64,000 nt of DNA from Octopus bimaculoides (lineage: Eukaryota). Below the pieces are notes generated by a model. That model did not search any database. It worked only from the letters and a program-made list of their open reading frames with translations, and was not told the origin of the DNA. The DNA is taken from NCBI RefSeq assembly GCF_001194135.2, contig NC_068990.1, forward strand, positions 82,154,923 through 82,218,922. Reading direction: 5' to 3'. Shown piece after piece: positions 26,657 to 39,242 of the stretch (positions are counted from its first letter, which is position 1; the number at the start of each line of letters is the position of its first letter). The position numbers were made by a program, and so were the translations under genes.

Positions 26657-26729
26657 CAGTGGTTCCCAACCTAGGGTCTGCGGACCCCTGGTTTTCCACA
26701 AACATAGTACTGTGGGTCTCAAAATTTAA

Positions 26730-26805
<76 letters not shown>

Positions 26806-27179
26806 CCCCTCTCTCTCTCATATATATATATATATAACGAATTAAAAAAAAATTATTTTAGCTTGCCTTCCTCGATTTCAGGACGACGTGTATTCATAGC
26901 GAATGTATCTTGTAATGTGGTGATTAACGATTTAAAGTCTATTCTCAGCATATTGGCATAGACATCTTTTTTTCTTTTTCCCTTGCTTATAATTGTTTAT
27001 AATTGTACACATATATATATAGATATATATATAAATAAATAAATAAATATATATATATATATATATATACATACAAACATAATGATAAGTATATTAAAAG
27101 GGGTCCGTGAGAAAACACATTTAATTAAAAGGGTTGGGTACTATCGTTGGGAACCACTGTAAAAAGGTTGGAACCATTG
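26657..27179. mobile_element. hAT (Charlie-like) MITE
   Basis: 5' TIR cagtggttcccaac; 3' copies at 27146-27159 (perfect) and 27166-27179 (degenerate). 8-bp TSD ctctaaaa at 26649-26656 and 27180-27187. Confidence 0.85.
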
Positions 27180-27925
27180 CTCTAAAAACATCAAAGACTC
27201 AGGTGATATTGTTACAGTGGGTAACAGATTCTTTCACCTAAAAACAGAACCTTTGCTTGCGAGCGATGGCTATCATATAGATTCCTTCCACCAAAATTCA
27301 CCTCCAATATACTACCCAGTTCGTGGTTTAAAGTAGAAAATATTTGTTAATGATGTCGTAAAGTGGGAATGAACCCCAAATCATGTACTTGTGTTGCAAA
27401 ATCTTGTAGCCACGCATCTATGCCTGCAACCACTACAACAATTCAACTAAATTTAAATTCACGAAAAAAAAAAAAAAAATTAAAATAAAAAGAGGAAGAA
27501 GAAAGAAAAAAGAAAGAAAAACGAAAATGTTTACGAAATCATAATATTTATGTTATATCCAATGTACAGCTTGAAATATATCCTGCAAATATCACAATGT
27601 CGGTGTAATCGATATATTAACATTCAAGTAAAATGTTGTAGACAAATAGGAAAACATATGTAAAGTGGTTTTGAATAAAAACTCTTAGTTTCTACCGATA
27701 CAAAATATTTTACTGATATTGAAGGAAAAGACGAGTAATGTAGCGGTAGAATCAGCCAGTATTGGATACAAAGACTTGTAATATTTAAAAGCTAAACAAC
27801 CCAGTGGAAAAAAACAGGGGCATCATCTGCATGAACAATAACAGTTTATTGTATATATTTACCAAACTATACGACACTAGCTTAGGTATTGTTAAGCAAC
27901 AAAGCAGTTGAAAAATAATTATGAA

Positions 27926-28416
27926 CAGGGCCATCGCTAAGCCCCTGTAACCCCTGCGGTCGCAGGGGGCCTCCGCAGTTGAGGGGCCTCATGTTAAGAT
28001 CAAAGTACGTTGACGAGTCATCTATTTACTTTGGTTAAGATGTTGAACAAGAATTAATCTATGTTAACAGAAAATTTCAAGAAATAAAACGGTAATACAT
28101 TGTATCTGCAAAACTTCTTGTGAAGATATTACATTGTACCACGAACGTCCCTACCTAAATAGGCTTTGTGTATTCTGGTCCTTATTACTCACATATCTGG
28201 AAGCTTTACTTATTGAAATTTGTAATCGACACAAATATATTTAACTTGTACTTTAAAAGATGTTCTTTAGGATAACGTGAAATATTGAACTTCAGATAGA
28301 ATGAAGTAAAATATAACTAGGAATAAAAGGCGTGCAGATTATGAATTTTGATTGAAAGAATGGGGCCTTGAAGCAAAAAGTTGCAGGCGGCTTCTAGAAG
28401 TCATACGACGCGCCTG
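27926..28416. mobile_element. Probable hAT-type MITE
   Basis: Ends cagggccatcg.. and ..cgacgcgcctg (imperfect TIR). Flanks attatgaa and gttatgaa form a 7/8 TSD. Confidence 0.6.
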
Positions 28417-30249
28417 GTTATGAAGTGAAATAAAGATTATATTTTCTTAACATTAAACATTTTAATCATTCCTAAAGAGACGGAGATGATATAATGCAAC
28501 CGAAAAACAATTTAAGTTTTTTCCTCAACAGAATTTTAAAAATAATATTAGTCATTGAGCTCAGTTTGTATTCTCTTCTCCACATAATTAATTTCATCTT
28601 TCTGATGCCTACTGCATTAAATATACCAACAGCAACTCCACATAGAGTATTTAGTTATTGACATTTCCGTTCTGAGTTTAAATCTTGTTTGCTATTCATT
28701 TAGCCTTTCAATCTAATGCCGCTGATAGAATAAGAGTTATTTATCTAATGGTTACCAATTTTTTGAGTATTTTCTTAAAAAGAGCAGTGTCCACAACCTT
28801 TAGAGGATATCCGAAGCTGGTGGACGAGAGTGAAGAGGATATCCTTAAACGGGAAAGCCAGGCTGAATGCTTGAAACTAAGGCGTCAGGCGGTGGCGGTG
28901 AACTGCGTAGCGGATTTATTCTCAGAATATACAGAGCCCGAACAAAAGCTGCAAGGCAGTTAGTTCAATGTTCCTGCAGTTTCGCCATTCCACCACTCTG
29001 TATCGGTCCTGAAAAGATGAAAGGCAAAGTTAAGTTCGGTGCAACTTGAATTTAGAGAGTAGAGAGTCATAGGAAATTACGCGAGATATTCTACGTTTGG
29101 ATGTAAGGAAAAAAAAAAAACCGTAATGTCAGTTAATAGACTGTATGTCTGGCTTGAAGAGTTTGTCGCCTTGTTTCCGAGGCTCCGGCAGGGGTGGGAT
29201 GTTGCAAAGCATTTTGCTAAGGCGCTAACGATTCTGCCAAACCACCACCTTATTGTTTTTAGCAAAGACTCAAAGCCTTAATGGTGGTGAAATCGCCCCA
29301 ACTATTTGGTAACGCTTCTCGAAAAAGGATACCGTCAAGTAACATTTTTTTGTTGTTATTACGAGCCTGACATGCTTGTCTTTACACTAGTTCTCTTTAT
29401 CTCTACACTTATTACCAGCTTGTTTTGTGCTACAAAACGACATCGATCCAGAGGTCAATATCAATGCCAGTACTTTTCTCTGGCGTCGCTAACTGCCCCG
29501 TGTTCTGCGGCATGAGCCCATGAGCGAATGTTTCGTAAATTTTCTTTGCATGTATTTCTTTCTGTTCGCATTTGATTTCGAAGAACAAATAGTCAGTGTC
29601 GTATAAGCTTTCCGGTCGACTGAGATGCTGATCAAGACATCACCTTAGTTGGTGCTTTGGGGATACGAAGAAAACCCCTGCAACATTTGTGAGACTGTCG
29701 GTCATTTTCTTCAATCCCCACTCTTCAACAAATTCTTCAGGTTAGGAGACAGAATCTCTAGTCATATATTTATATCACTCCATACTCAGAACCCTCTTGT
29801 TGCTAGAAACAGAAGTTACAGAAGACGTTTTGTTGTAGTTCTTGTTACTTTTTCCGCTAGAATTTTAGCTGATGCTGTTTTGTGTTATCAATAGAGTTGT
29901 GTATCACTGGAAAATTACATTTCCTTCTGCATATTTTAAACCACAAATAATTGTGCTGTTTTGTTTACGTGAGTTTTGTTTCTCTTTCATTTCATCGCCA
30001 TGACTGAATTTTCCGAAAGCAGAAAAATTTATTTGGTGAATTAAATTCATTTATCTTTCTTCAAAGATGTAAAATAGTGCTCAGAATATGAACCTACTTC
30101 TCTTTAACATTATTCTGCTAAAAACGCATTCAGTTTAGCGTGTCATGCAATGAATGCTTTGAAAACACGAGTGAAGGGTTGAATGATTTTACAAAGCAAA
30201 AAACAGCAAAAACAAAACATCTGGAAATTATTTCATCGACTCCGAAAGG

Positions 30250-30340
30250 AAAAAAAGACAAAATAAAGCTCAGCTGGAATTGAACCCAGAATGTAAAGAC
30301 TGACAAAATGCCGGTGAGCATTTCGACAGTCGTACTAACG

Positions 30341-30384
<44 letters not shown>

Positions 30385-30604
30385 CCTTTCTGCTATAGGC
30401 ACAAATTTGGTGGGAGGAGGATAGTCAATTACATCGACAACAGTACGCAACTGGTACTTAATTTATCGATGCCGAGAGGATGAAGGGCAAAGTCGACCTC
30501 GGCGGAATTTGAACTCAGAACTCAGCGACGAGCGAAATACCGCTAAGCATTTCGTCCAGCGTGCTAACGATTCTGCCAGCTCGCCACATTAGTAGTAGTA
30601 GCAA

Positions 30605-30678
<74 letters not shown>

Positions 30679-30712
30679 GTAACGACAACAACAACAACAA
30701 CAACAATAATAA
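30250..30712 (-). mobile_element. Tandem SINE family C copies (head fragment 30250-30335; full copy 30380-30588) with (TTA)n tail and flanking trinucleotide arrays
   Basis: Reverse complement of gcgagctggcagaatcgttagcacgctggacgaaatgcttagcggtatttcg..gagttcaaattccgccgaggtcgac. Confidence 0.85.
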
Positions 30713-31436
30713 TTCTTGAGTTAAGCTTTTGAAGATCGTTTAGTCGGGAGAAGGCTGAGCGTTTAAAACCTTGATTTGATTAGTTTTAAGTTTAATTATT
30801 CATACGAACAAGGAAGTAGGAAGTGACTTGAGAATGTTGTCATATAGAAAGGGTACTTAACACATTCCGTCTGATGCAGAGATTACAACGGAAACAGAGT
30901 GTGTTGGTGGTGAGGAACAGTAAAGCAGAGTTGTTGCGAAAAAACTGTTTGGAATCTGATGTCTAAACTTTCCTAATTGAGAAATTAAATAATTAAGGAT
31001 GGAAAGTATATTCTAATTAACAGTACGTTCTGTGCTTGTTACACCCTAGAAAGGAACTGGATCCATTTATCTTGTGGGAGAGGGGTTTCAATTAATAAAA
31101 ATTAGGTTAAGATATAAATACTAATTATGTGTGTGATGTTTTTACTTACACACTTCACCGAAATATCATGTTTTAGAAATTACCTGTGGTTTTAGTAACT
31201 AAATCACAAGATAGTAGACATCTTTCCACGCATAAAAGGGGTTATTCGAGCAAAATAATGTAGGGTTACCTGATTTTTATTCGAATAATTCCTTTTCGTG
31301 TTACTGTTGTCGTTGTAATTTAGCTGCAGGTTAGATCTGATCGAGCAAGTCTACGATATATGACGCTCCAGTCGTGGTACCAATTTTATACATTTGCCAT
31401 AATTACTTTTTTATATGATGATTGGCTGCTATTCCT

Positions 31437-31704
31437 AGTGGTTAGGGCAGCAGACACGCGGCCGGAGGATCGCGGTTTTGATTCCCAGACTGGGCGTTGC
31501 GTGTGTTTATTGAGCAAAAGCACCTAAAGCTCCACGAGGCTCCGGCAGGGGGTGGTGGCGACCCCTGTGGTACTCTTTCGCCCCAACTTTCTCTCACTCT
31601 TTCTTCCTGCTTCTTGAGTAACGCTGCAATGGACTGGCGTCCCGTCCAGCTGTGGGGAACACATACGCCATAGAAACCGGGAAACCGGGCCCATGAGCCT
31701 GGCT
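31437..31704 (+). mobile_element. Chimeric SINE: family A head/body plus an alternative tail
   Basis: Matches family A up to ttcttcctg (31609), then switches to gagtaacgctgcaatggactggcgtcccgtccagc..gaaaccgggcccatgagcc. Confidence 0.85.
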
Positions 31705-31967
31705 ACTACTGCCGAGAACGTGAAACTCTGAGTAGGTGTTTTTTTGTGATGTTTTTGCAGATTTAATGNNNNNNNNNNNNNNNNNNNNNNNNNNNNNNNN
31801 NNNNNNNNNNNNNNNNNNNNNNNNNNNNNNNNNNNNNNNNNNNNNNNNNNNNNNNNNNNNNNNNNNNNNNNNNNNNNNNNNNNNNNNNNNNNNNNNNNNN
31901 NNNNNNNNNNNNNNNNNNNNNNNNNNNNNNNNNNNNNNNNNNNNNNNTATATATATATATATGTACA

Positions 31968-32370
31968 GGCGCAGGATTGGCTCTGTGGTAAGAAGTTACT
32001 TCCCAACAACATGGTTCTGGGTTCAGTCCCACTGCGTGGCACCTTGGGCAAGCGTCTCGGGCCGACCAAAGCCGTGGAAGTAGATTTGGTAGACGGAAAC
32101 TGAAAGAAGACCGTCGTATACACACATGTGTGTGCGTATGTGTGCATATGTGTATTTGAGTGTCTGTGTTTGGCCCCATCCCCCACCGTCACTTGACAAT
32201 CGATGTTGGTGTGTTTATGTCCCCGTAACTTAGAGGTTCGTCAAAAGAGACCGATAGAATAAGTATTAGGCTTACAAAGAATAAGTCCTGGTGTCGATTT
32301 GTTCGAGTAAAGGCAGTGCTCCAGCATGGCCGCAGTCACATTACTGAAACAAGTAAAAGAAGTAAAAGAA
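31968..32370 (+). mobile_element. SINE family B, full length
   Basis: ggcgcaggattggctctgtggtaag through aagtaaaagaagtaaaagaat. Confidence 0.88.
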
Positions 32371-32406
32371 TATATATGTATGTGCGTGTGTGTGTGTCTG
32401 TGTGTG

Positions 32407-32488
<82 letters not shown>

Positions 32489-32515
32489 TGTGTGTGTGTG
32501 TGTATATACATATAT

Positions 32516-32675
32516 ACTCTTTACTCTTTTACTCTTTTGCTTGTTTCAATCATTTGACTGCGGCCATGCTGGAGCACCGTCTTTAGTCGAGCAAATCTAC
32601 CCCAGGACTTATTCTTTGTAAGCCTAGTACTTATTCTATCAGTGTCTTTTGCCGAACCGCTAAGTTACGGGGACA
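32516..32675 (-). mobile_element. SINE family B 3' half
   Basis: actcttttactctt..tgactgcggccatgctggagcacc..gttacgggg. Confidence 0.85.
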
Positions 32676-33964
32676 TGCATATATATATCTTAGGAGTGAA
32701 GAGGAAATGCTCATGTCACATTGCAAATTGCTGGAGTTACTGAGAGTGATAAGAAGAGAGAAGGTATGCTCAAACCGATGTCATGATTTACAAGAGAATG
32801 AACGCCGTTTAATTTATGCAAAGGTGGTTAAAAATGGGTGACGGATTAAGCCTGTCACACAAAGACGCTATCGCGAGATTTCATCTCAAATCGCAAACAA
32901 TCGAAAGAAATTCCGCAACACATCTGACACGATGTTCTTATCGTTTCGTTAATCGAGCGTACCGTATTGGTAATCGTATTATCGATTCTAAAGACGATTC
33001 TAAAAAAGAAAATTTGACCTCAGAGTGCAGAAAATCGGAGCAAATATCTCAAGTTTCAATGACTCCAGTGACTTCAATGATTAAGGCAGGTTCATTGTAG
33101 GTGTTGTTTATACCAGGATAAATCTGGATTGAGCAAATTTTTGGAATTATAGCTGTGGCCATCCACCCGTAAGTCAGTAGCCCACCAAATTTTTTTCAAA
33201 AATTTTATCTTTGCATAATCTAATACATTATTCCCAAGACTGCGCAATGTGACTTAAAGTGAGATTGATCTGTTATTTCATGCAGATCGAGTTGAGGTAC
33301 TGCAAGGTATAATTTTACAGACCTGCTTAGATTAATGAGTAACTATCATTAAACTGATCTGAAAGTAAAACGCAAGGATATTCATGTTAAGGCAAGGATA
33401 TAGCCGAGATAATCAATATCACTACACGATTAGTGATTTTATCGATCACTACTAGAAAGATGAAAAAAAAAAGGGAAGCAACTAAATATTGTCCAACGTT
33501 CTGCCAATCCATCACTGTCCAGAAAAAAATTTTAAAACGTCATAATATCGATATTTGATTTGAAATAATGCTGAAGTCCTGGACTTTAGGTTTTGTTATG
33601 ACAAAAGCCTGGTAATAATATGTATGCATATTTCGACAAAAGACCTTCCTTTAAGTGAAAAAGCGCTTTTCTTTTTAAGGGCAATTCGAGGTTTATTCAT
33701 TGGCGGTGACTTAGAAAACTGAATTCGTTATGTAGTTTAGATATTTCAGTTGAACTCATTTAATTTCTCTTCAACCAATAATGAGTCTGAGAGAAGCACG
33801 AAAATAGCATCCTCTTACTTTCTTCTAAGTTCGAGAATATGCTCTGTTCAACAATCAACAATTCTTTCTGGAGAGTCGTAGATCAAAGGCTACGTTTTCT
33901 TCGACTTTAAATAGCAATGTCTGGTTTCAACTTCATCTGCGACAAGTCCTTTTTAGTGGAAATT

Positions 33965-34288
33965 TTATTACCTCCACCTTAGCGAAGGCGGAGGCATTAT
34001 TTTCAGTCGTGTTTGTTTGTTTGTCCGTGGACAAAATATCTCAAGAACCGTTGGATAGATTTGGATGAAACTTTCAAGGATGTTTGGCCTCGTAGAATGT
34101 TTGGCCTCAAGGATGTTTGGTCTGCTGTTTTTTTACTTAATTTTTGAGAGCGGTCGGGTTCATTTTTAGTATTCTCGTTTATAAGAGCGGTTGAGTTTAT
34201 TTCAGATATTCTCATTTTAAAAATCACCTCTGGCTAATCGTTGATGTTGCTTTGGCGGATATTTGCGTTCTCTGAGTGCTCTTGTTCT
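33965..34288 (+). mobile_element. Helentron-associated non-autonomous element (HINE/DINE-1-like)
   Basis: 5' ttattacctccacc with hairpin cctccacctt-agcg-aaggcggagg, internal (GTTT)n, and 3' ggcgga..gcgttctctgagtgc stem-loop ending in T-rich sequence. Confidence 0.7.
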
Positions 34289-34699
34289 TATTGTTTTTAG
34301 CCTCGGGTCAGTTCTGGTCTAGTAGACCCATCTATAATGAAATACATTGTCTTTCAATGTTTCTAGGATTATATTATCCAATATTTCATTTGTCTTAAAA
34401 GACAGAAGAATGCAATTTGAGAGGAATTTAGCTGTTATTTCTATTGAATTATAACCAGGTATGTTGATAAACCTCGTAAGGTAAGTCTAACACCCCAACC
34501 AAATTATTTCACTCTCTTAAAAAAATATGGCTGTGTTTATAATATTTATTTTTTATAAAACATTAAAATTGCAAACAAATTTCTCTCAAGCAGTTAAAAA
34601 TCTTTTCTTTTTTTAAAAATATTCCCTCTTCTTTTTGCTTTCTTCTTTTCCTATTTCTCTTTTATCTTTTTCGCTTTCACCGTCTTTCTTTCTCAGTCT

Positions 34700-35130
34700 C
34701 TTATTTATGTGTATATGTGTGTATGTGTGCGTGTGTATACGTGTGTTGTGTGTATGTTGTGTATGTATGCCCGTGTGTGTATGCTGTGTGTATGTATGTG
34801 TATATGTTGGTTGTATGCCGTGAACGTATGTGCGAGTGTATATTGTGAGCGTGTGTGTGTGTGCGCGTATGTGTGTGCGTGTGTATGCGTGTGTTGTATG
34901 TTGTGTATGTATCCTCGTGTGTGTATGCTGTATGTATGCTGTGTGTACGCGTGTGTGTATGTTGGTTGTATGCCGTGAACGTATGTGCGAGTGTATGTTG
35001 TGAGCGTGTGTGTGTGTGTGTGTGCGCGCGCGTATGTGTGTGCGTGTGTATGTATGTTGTGTATGTATGCTTGTGTGTGCATGCTGTGTGTGTATGTATG
35101 TTTGCATGCGTGTGTATGTGTGTGTACGCG
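34700..35130. repeat. Degenerate (TG/TA)n tract with an internal ~155-bp duplication
   Basis: gttggttgtatgccgtgaacgtatgtgcgag occurs at 34806 and 34961. Confidence 0.85.
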
Positions 35131-35520
35131 TTTATATTCATGCTTAGAAATACAATTTCGTAAGAAAAAACTAAGAGCATGAAACGTATTTCATTTTCAA
35201 GTTGTTTACGTTGTCCGAGTCTCTTACTCTCTTCCCCCCCTCTCTCTCTCTCTCTGTTTCTTCCTTCTTGTCTGTCTCTCTTCCTATCCATCTGTCTCTC
35301 TTCCCCTCTCTCTCTGTTTCTCCGCCCCCGCCTCTATCACGCTCTCTTTTTTTTTTATCTCTCTACCTTTTCTTCTTAGCCTGTCCCCCCACCCATTTGG
35401 CTCTCCCCCCCCTTATACCTATAGGTAGGAACCAAATGGGGAGACATGTATACGAATATACAAATGTACGAATGTATGTATGCATTTCAATATATATCCA
35501 TATTTTATATGAACACACGT

Positions 35521-35552
<32 letters not shown>

Positions 35553-35594
35553 CATACATACAAATATATATATATATATACATACACAAACATA

Positions 35595-35635
<41 letters not shown>

Positions 35636-36347
35636 CTGTAAGTACAACTATAAATACATACGTATATATATATATATATATNNNNNNNNNNNNNNNNNNN
35701 NNNNNNNNNNNNNNNNNNNNNNNNNNNNNNNNNNNNNNNNNNNNNNNNNNNNNNNNNNNNNNNNNNNNNNNNNNNNNNNNNNNNNNNNNNNNNNNNNNNN
35801 NNNNNNNNNNNNNNNNNNNNNNNNNNNNNNNNNNNNNNNNNNNNNNNNNNNNNNNNNNNNNNNNNNNNNNNNNNNNNNNNNNNNNNNNNNNNNNNNNNNN
35901 NNNNNNNNNNNNNNNNNNNNNNNNNNNNNNNNNNNNNNNNNNNNNNNNNNNNNNNNNNNNNNNNNNNNNNNNNNNNNNNNNNNNNNNNNNNNNNNNNNNN
36001 NNNNNNNNNNNNNNNNNNNNNNNNNNNNNNNNNNNNNNNNNNNNNNNNNNNNNNNNNNNNNNNNNNNNNNNNNNNNNNNNNNNNNNNNNNNNNNNNNNNN
36101 NNNNNNNNNNNNNNNNNNNNNNNNNNNNNNNNNNNNNNNNNNNNNNNNNNNNNNNNNNNNNNNNNNNNNNNNNNNNNNNNNNNNNNNNNNNNNNNNNNNN
36201 NNNNNNNNNNNNNNNNNNNNNNNNNNNNNNNNNNNNNNNNNNNNNNNNNNNNNNNNNNNNNNNNNNNNNNNNNNNNNNNNNNNNNNNNNNNATATATATA
36301 TGTATGTATGTATATATATGTATATATATGCATATATATATATATAT

Positions 36348-36386
<39 letters not shown>

Positions 36387-37420
36387 GGAAGGGAGAAAGC
36401 AGTAGATAGATAGATAGACAGACAGACAGATAGATAGATAGTTGATAAGCAGAAATGTAGGTATATAGAAAACGTTAAGGTGAATAAGTGGTATAAACAT
36501 AAACATACACGAAGAAAAGATTATACAGAAATAGAAAATAAAATAATATAAGATAAAATAAAAAAAATTCCGTGTGTTCAAACTTTGTCGTTGATAAAAT
36601 GTTGGAATCTGGTGTACATGAATAATGGATACTGTTTTACAGATGTTATATCTACCGGAAGCAAAACCAATGATTGCTGGCAGATTGCTTTTCAATTATT
36701 TTTTTTTATTCGATGCTAGAATCAGATGCAGTTTGATAGATACTTGCCGTAGTGCACATCAACCTCTATTGTTAAAAACATTGTTGACAACGGTCGGTTT
36801 TGTAAACGTATGATGTTAACAATCACCGAGAATATAGTTTAGAAATTGTCTACTTTCACCTTCGGATTCTTTACTGCTTTCTACTTTACTTTGTTCTTCA
36901 ATTTTTATCGTTTGATAAACATTCCAACCGTGACCATCCCATCGTCCTGTCTGGCAAATCATATTTATGATTAATTAATCTACTATTATCAATTATTTCT
37001 AAGATGGCTGGATAAATTATGAATTTAAGCTTCAAAGAGACTCTAAGACCCAACTTGATTAAGAGTATAGTGTTTTTAGTTCCTTTATTCTTTTCCTTTA
37101 TACTTTACATCTGCCACTAGTCTTCTTGGCAAAAGTATAAACATCTCACCGTATTTTCTACCTCTAACTCGACTGTATTGACCATCACTTTATATGTATA
37201 ACTCTGATTGTGAAATTTGAGTAAATTCTCATTCATAGCACAAATATACTGTATGTGAGAAAATAAATGCTTATTGATTAGATTAGTTCTATACCAAAAT
37301 TTATTTGTAGCAGTTATCCTTAACTGCTTTTGATATTACTGCACCGATGGCAACGTCGCAGTCATGAACATCCAGTCTTTTTGTTCTCTTTTTTTTTTCT
37401 AGAGAATATATAGGATTACA

Positions 37421-37800
37421 GTGGAGGCACAATGGCCCAGTGGTTAGGGCAGCGGACTCGTGTTCATAGGATCGCGGTTTCGATTCCCAGGCCGGGCGTT
37501 GTGAGTGTTTATTGAACGAAAACATCTAAAGCTCCACGAGGCTCCGGCAGGGGATGGTGGCGAACCCTGCTGTACTCTTCCACCACAACTTTCTCTCACT
37601 CTTTCTTCCTGTTTCTGTTGTACCTGTATTTCTAAAGGTCAGCCTTGTCACACTGTGTCACGCTGAATCTCCCCGAGAACTACGTTAAGAGTACACGTGT
37701 CTGTGGAGTGCTCAACCACTTGCACGTTAATTTCACGAGCATACTGTTCCGTTGATCGGATCAACTGGAACCCTCGACGTCGTAACCGACGGAGTACCAA
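37421..37800 (+). mobile_element. SINE family A, full length
   Basis: Colinear with 24214-24604; followed by (TATG)n; no clear TSD. Confidence 0.9.
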
Positions 37801-37831
37801 CTATGTATGTATGTATGTATGTATGTATGTA

Positions 37832-37878
<47 letters not shown>

Positions 37879-38172
37879 ACGTATGTATGTCTGTATGTCT
37901 CTTCTATTTTTTAAAATTATTATAAATCTTCCACTGAGAAAAGAGCCAGTTTCTAACAAAGATACAAGGCTCCATCTTTGGGATGAAGTTAACACAGATA
38001 AATTCACATTTGGAACTTCAGAAAAGTTTTGCAGATCTTTACTGCTCCTTTGCACCTCTGTCACAAAAAACAATATCCGGCCTGTTATGTTTTCATTCGA
38101 CAAAAGGTTTGATGGTAATATTCCACAAATATTCCTTGCGTTGGTGTTTATGAATGTATGTATGTATGTATG

Positions 38173-38206
<34 letters not shown>

Positions 38207-38588
38207 TGCATGCATGCATGTGTGTATATATGCGTGTGGGTGTAGTTTCTAGGTATACAATGTTTGGCTATATGAAGGGACTTGTTCTATAGCGACGCAG
38301 CTATGTGGTCTACAGAGATATAATGACTGGCTTTATATAGAGATGTGTCCTATAGAGACAGAGACATGTGATCTGTAGGTATGCAACGTTTAGCTATATA
38401 TAGAAATGTGTTCCATAGCGCGTTAGATATATATATAGTCTCACTTTAGAAATACACTGTTTAGCTACATACAGAGATGAGGTTAACATGAGAAATCATT
38501 TCAGACTGTGGAGACTATTGAGATTCTGGATGTGTGAGAATTTAAGGAAACTGTGTTCAGATCAGGTGTGGATATGTTTTTCTATTTC

Positions 38589-38626
<38 letters not shown>

Positions 38627-38857
38627 AGTGCTATTGTTGTTGTGGTGGTAGTATTGCTTAGAGATAAGAGGAAGTATTTATTGATTCTAATCTAAATTAA
38701 TATTTAGCAGGAATAAATAGCTGACTACTACGTGGTTTCAATCACTGATTACAGTAATTTCATTTTGATTACCTTGCGAAAACTCCTGCAAAATTATATA
38801 AACTCTTTATCTCCTTTTATTCCTCAAGAATATAAAATTTGAATTTGTTTATTTCCA

Positions 38858-39015
38858 TGGCGTGGTTGTGTGTTAAGAAGCTTGCTTTCCAACCACATGA
38901 TTCCGGGTTCAGTCCCACAGCGTTTCATCTTGGTCAAGTGTCTTCTACTATAGCCTCGGGCCGACCAAAGCCTTGTGAGTGGATTTGGTAGACGGAAACT
39001 GAAAGAAGCCCGTCG

Positions 39016-39078
<63 letters not shown>

Positions 39079-39135
39079 CTATATTTATGTGTGCTTCTGT
39101 GTTTGTGTTTGTCCCCAACACAACCACCACCGCTA
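38858..39135 (+). mobile_element. SINE family B 5' half plus microsatellite
   Basis: Head through gaaagaagcccgtcg(TA)n(TG)n, then tgtttgtcccc. Confidence 0.82.
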
Positions 39136-39206
39136 CCACCGTAACAAAGACAACAACAACAACAACATCGTAATTATCCCCAACAACATCATCATAAACA
39201 GCATCG

Positions 39207-39242
<36 letters not shown>

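Noticed and set aside
32816-33100. 94-aa ORF in non-repetitive sequence
   Set aside because: No recognisable motif and no convincing splice chain; compatible with chance.
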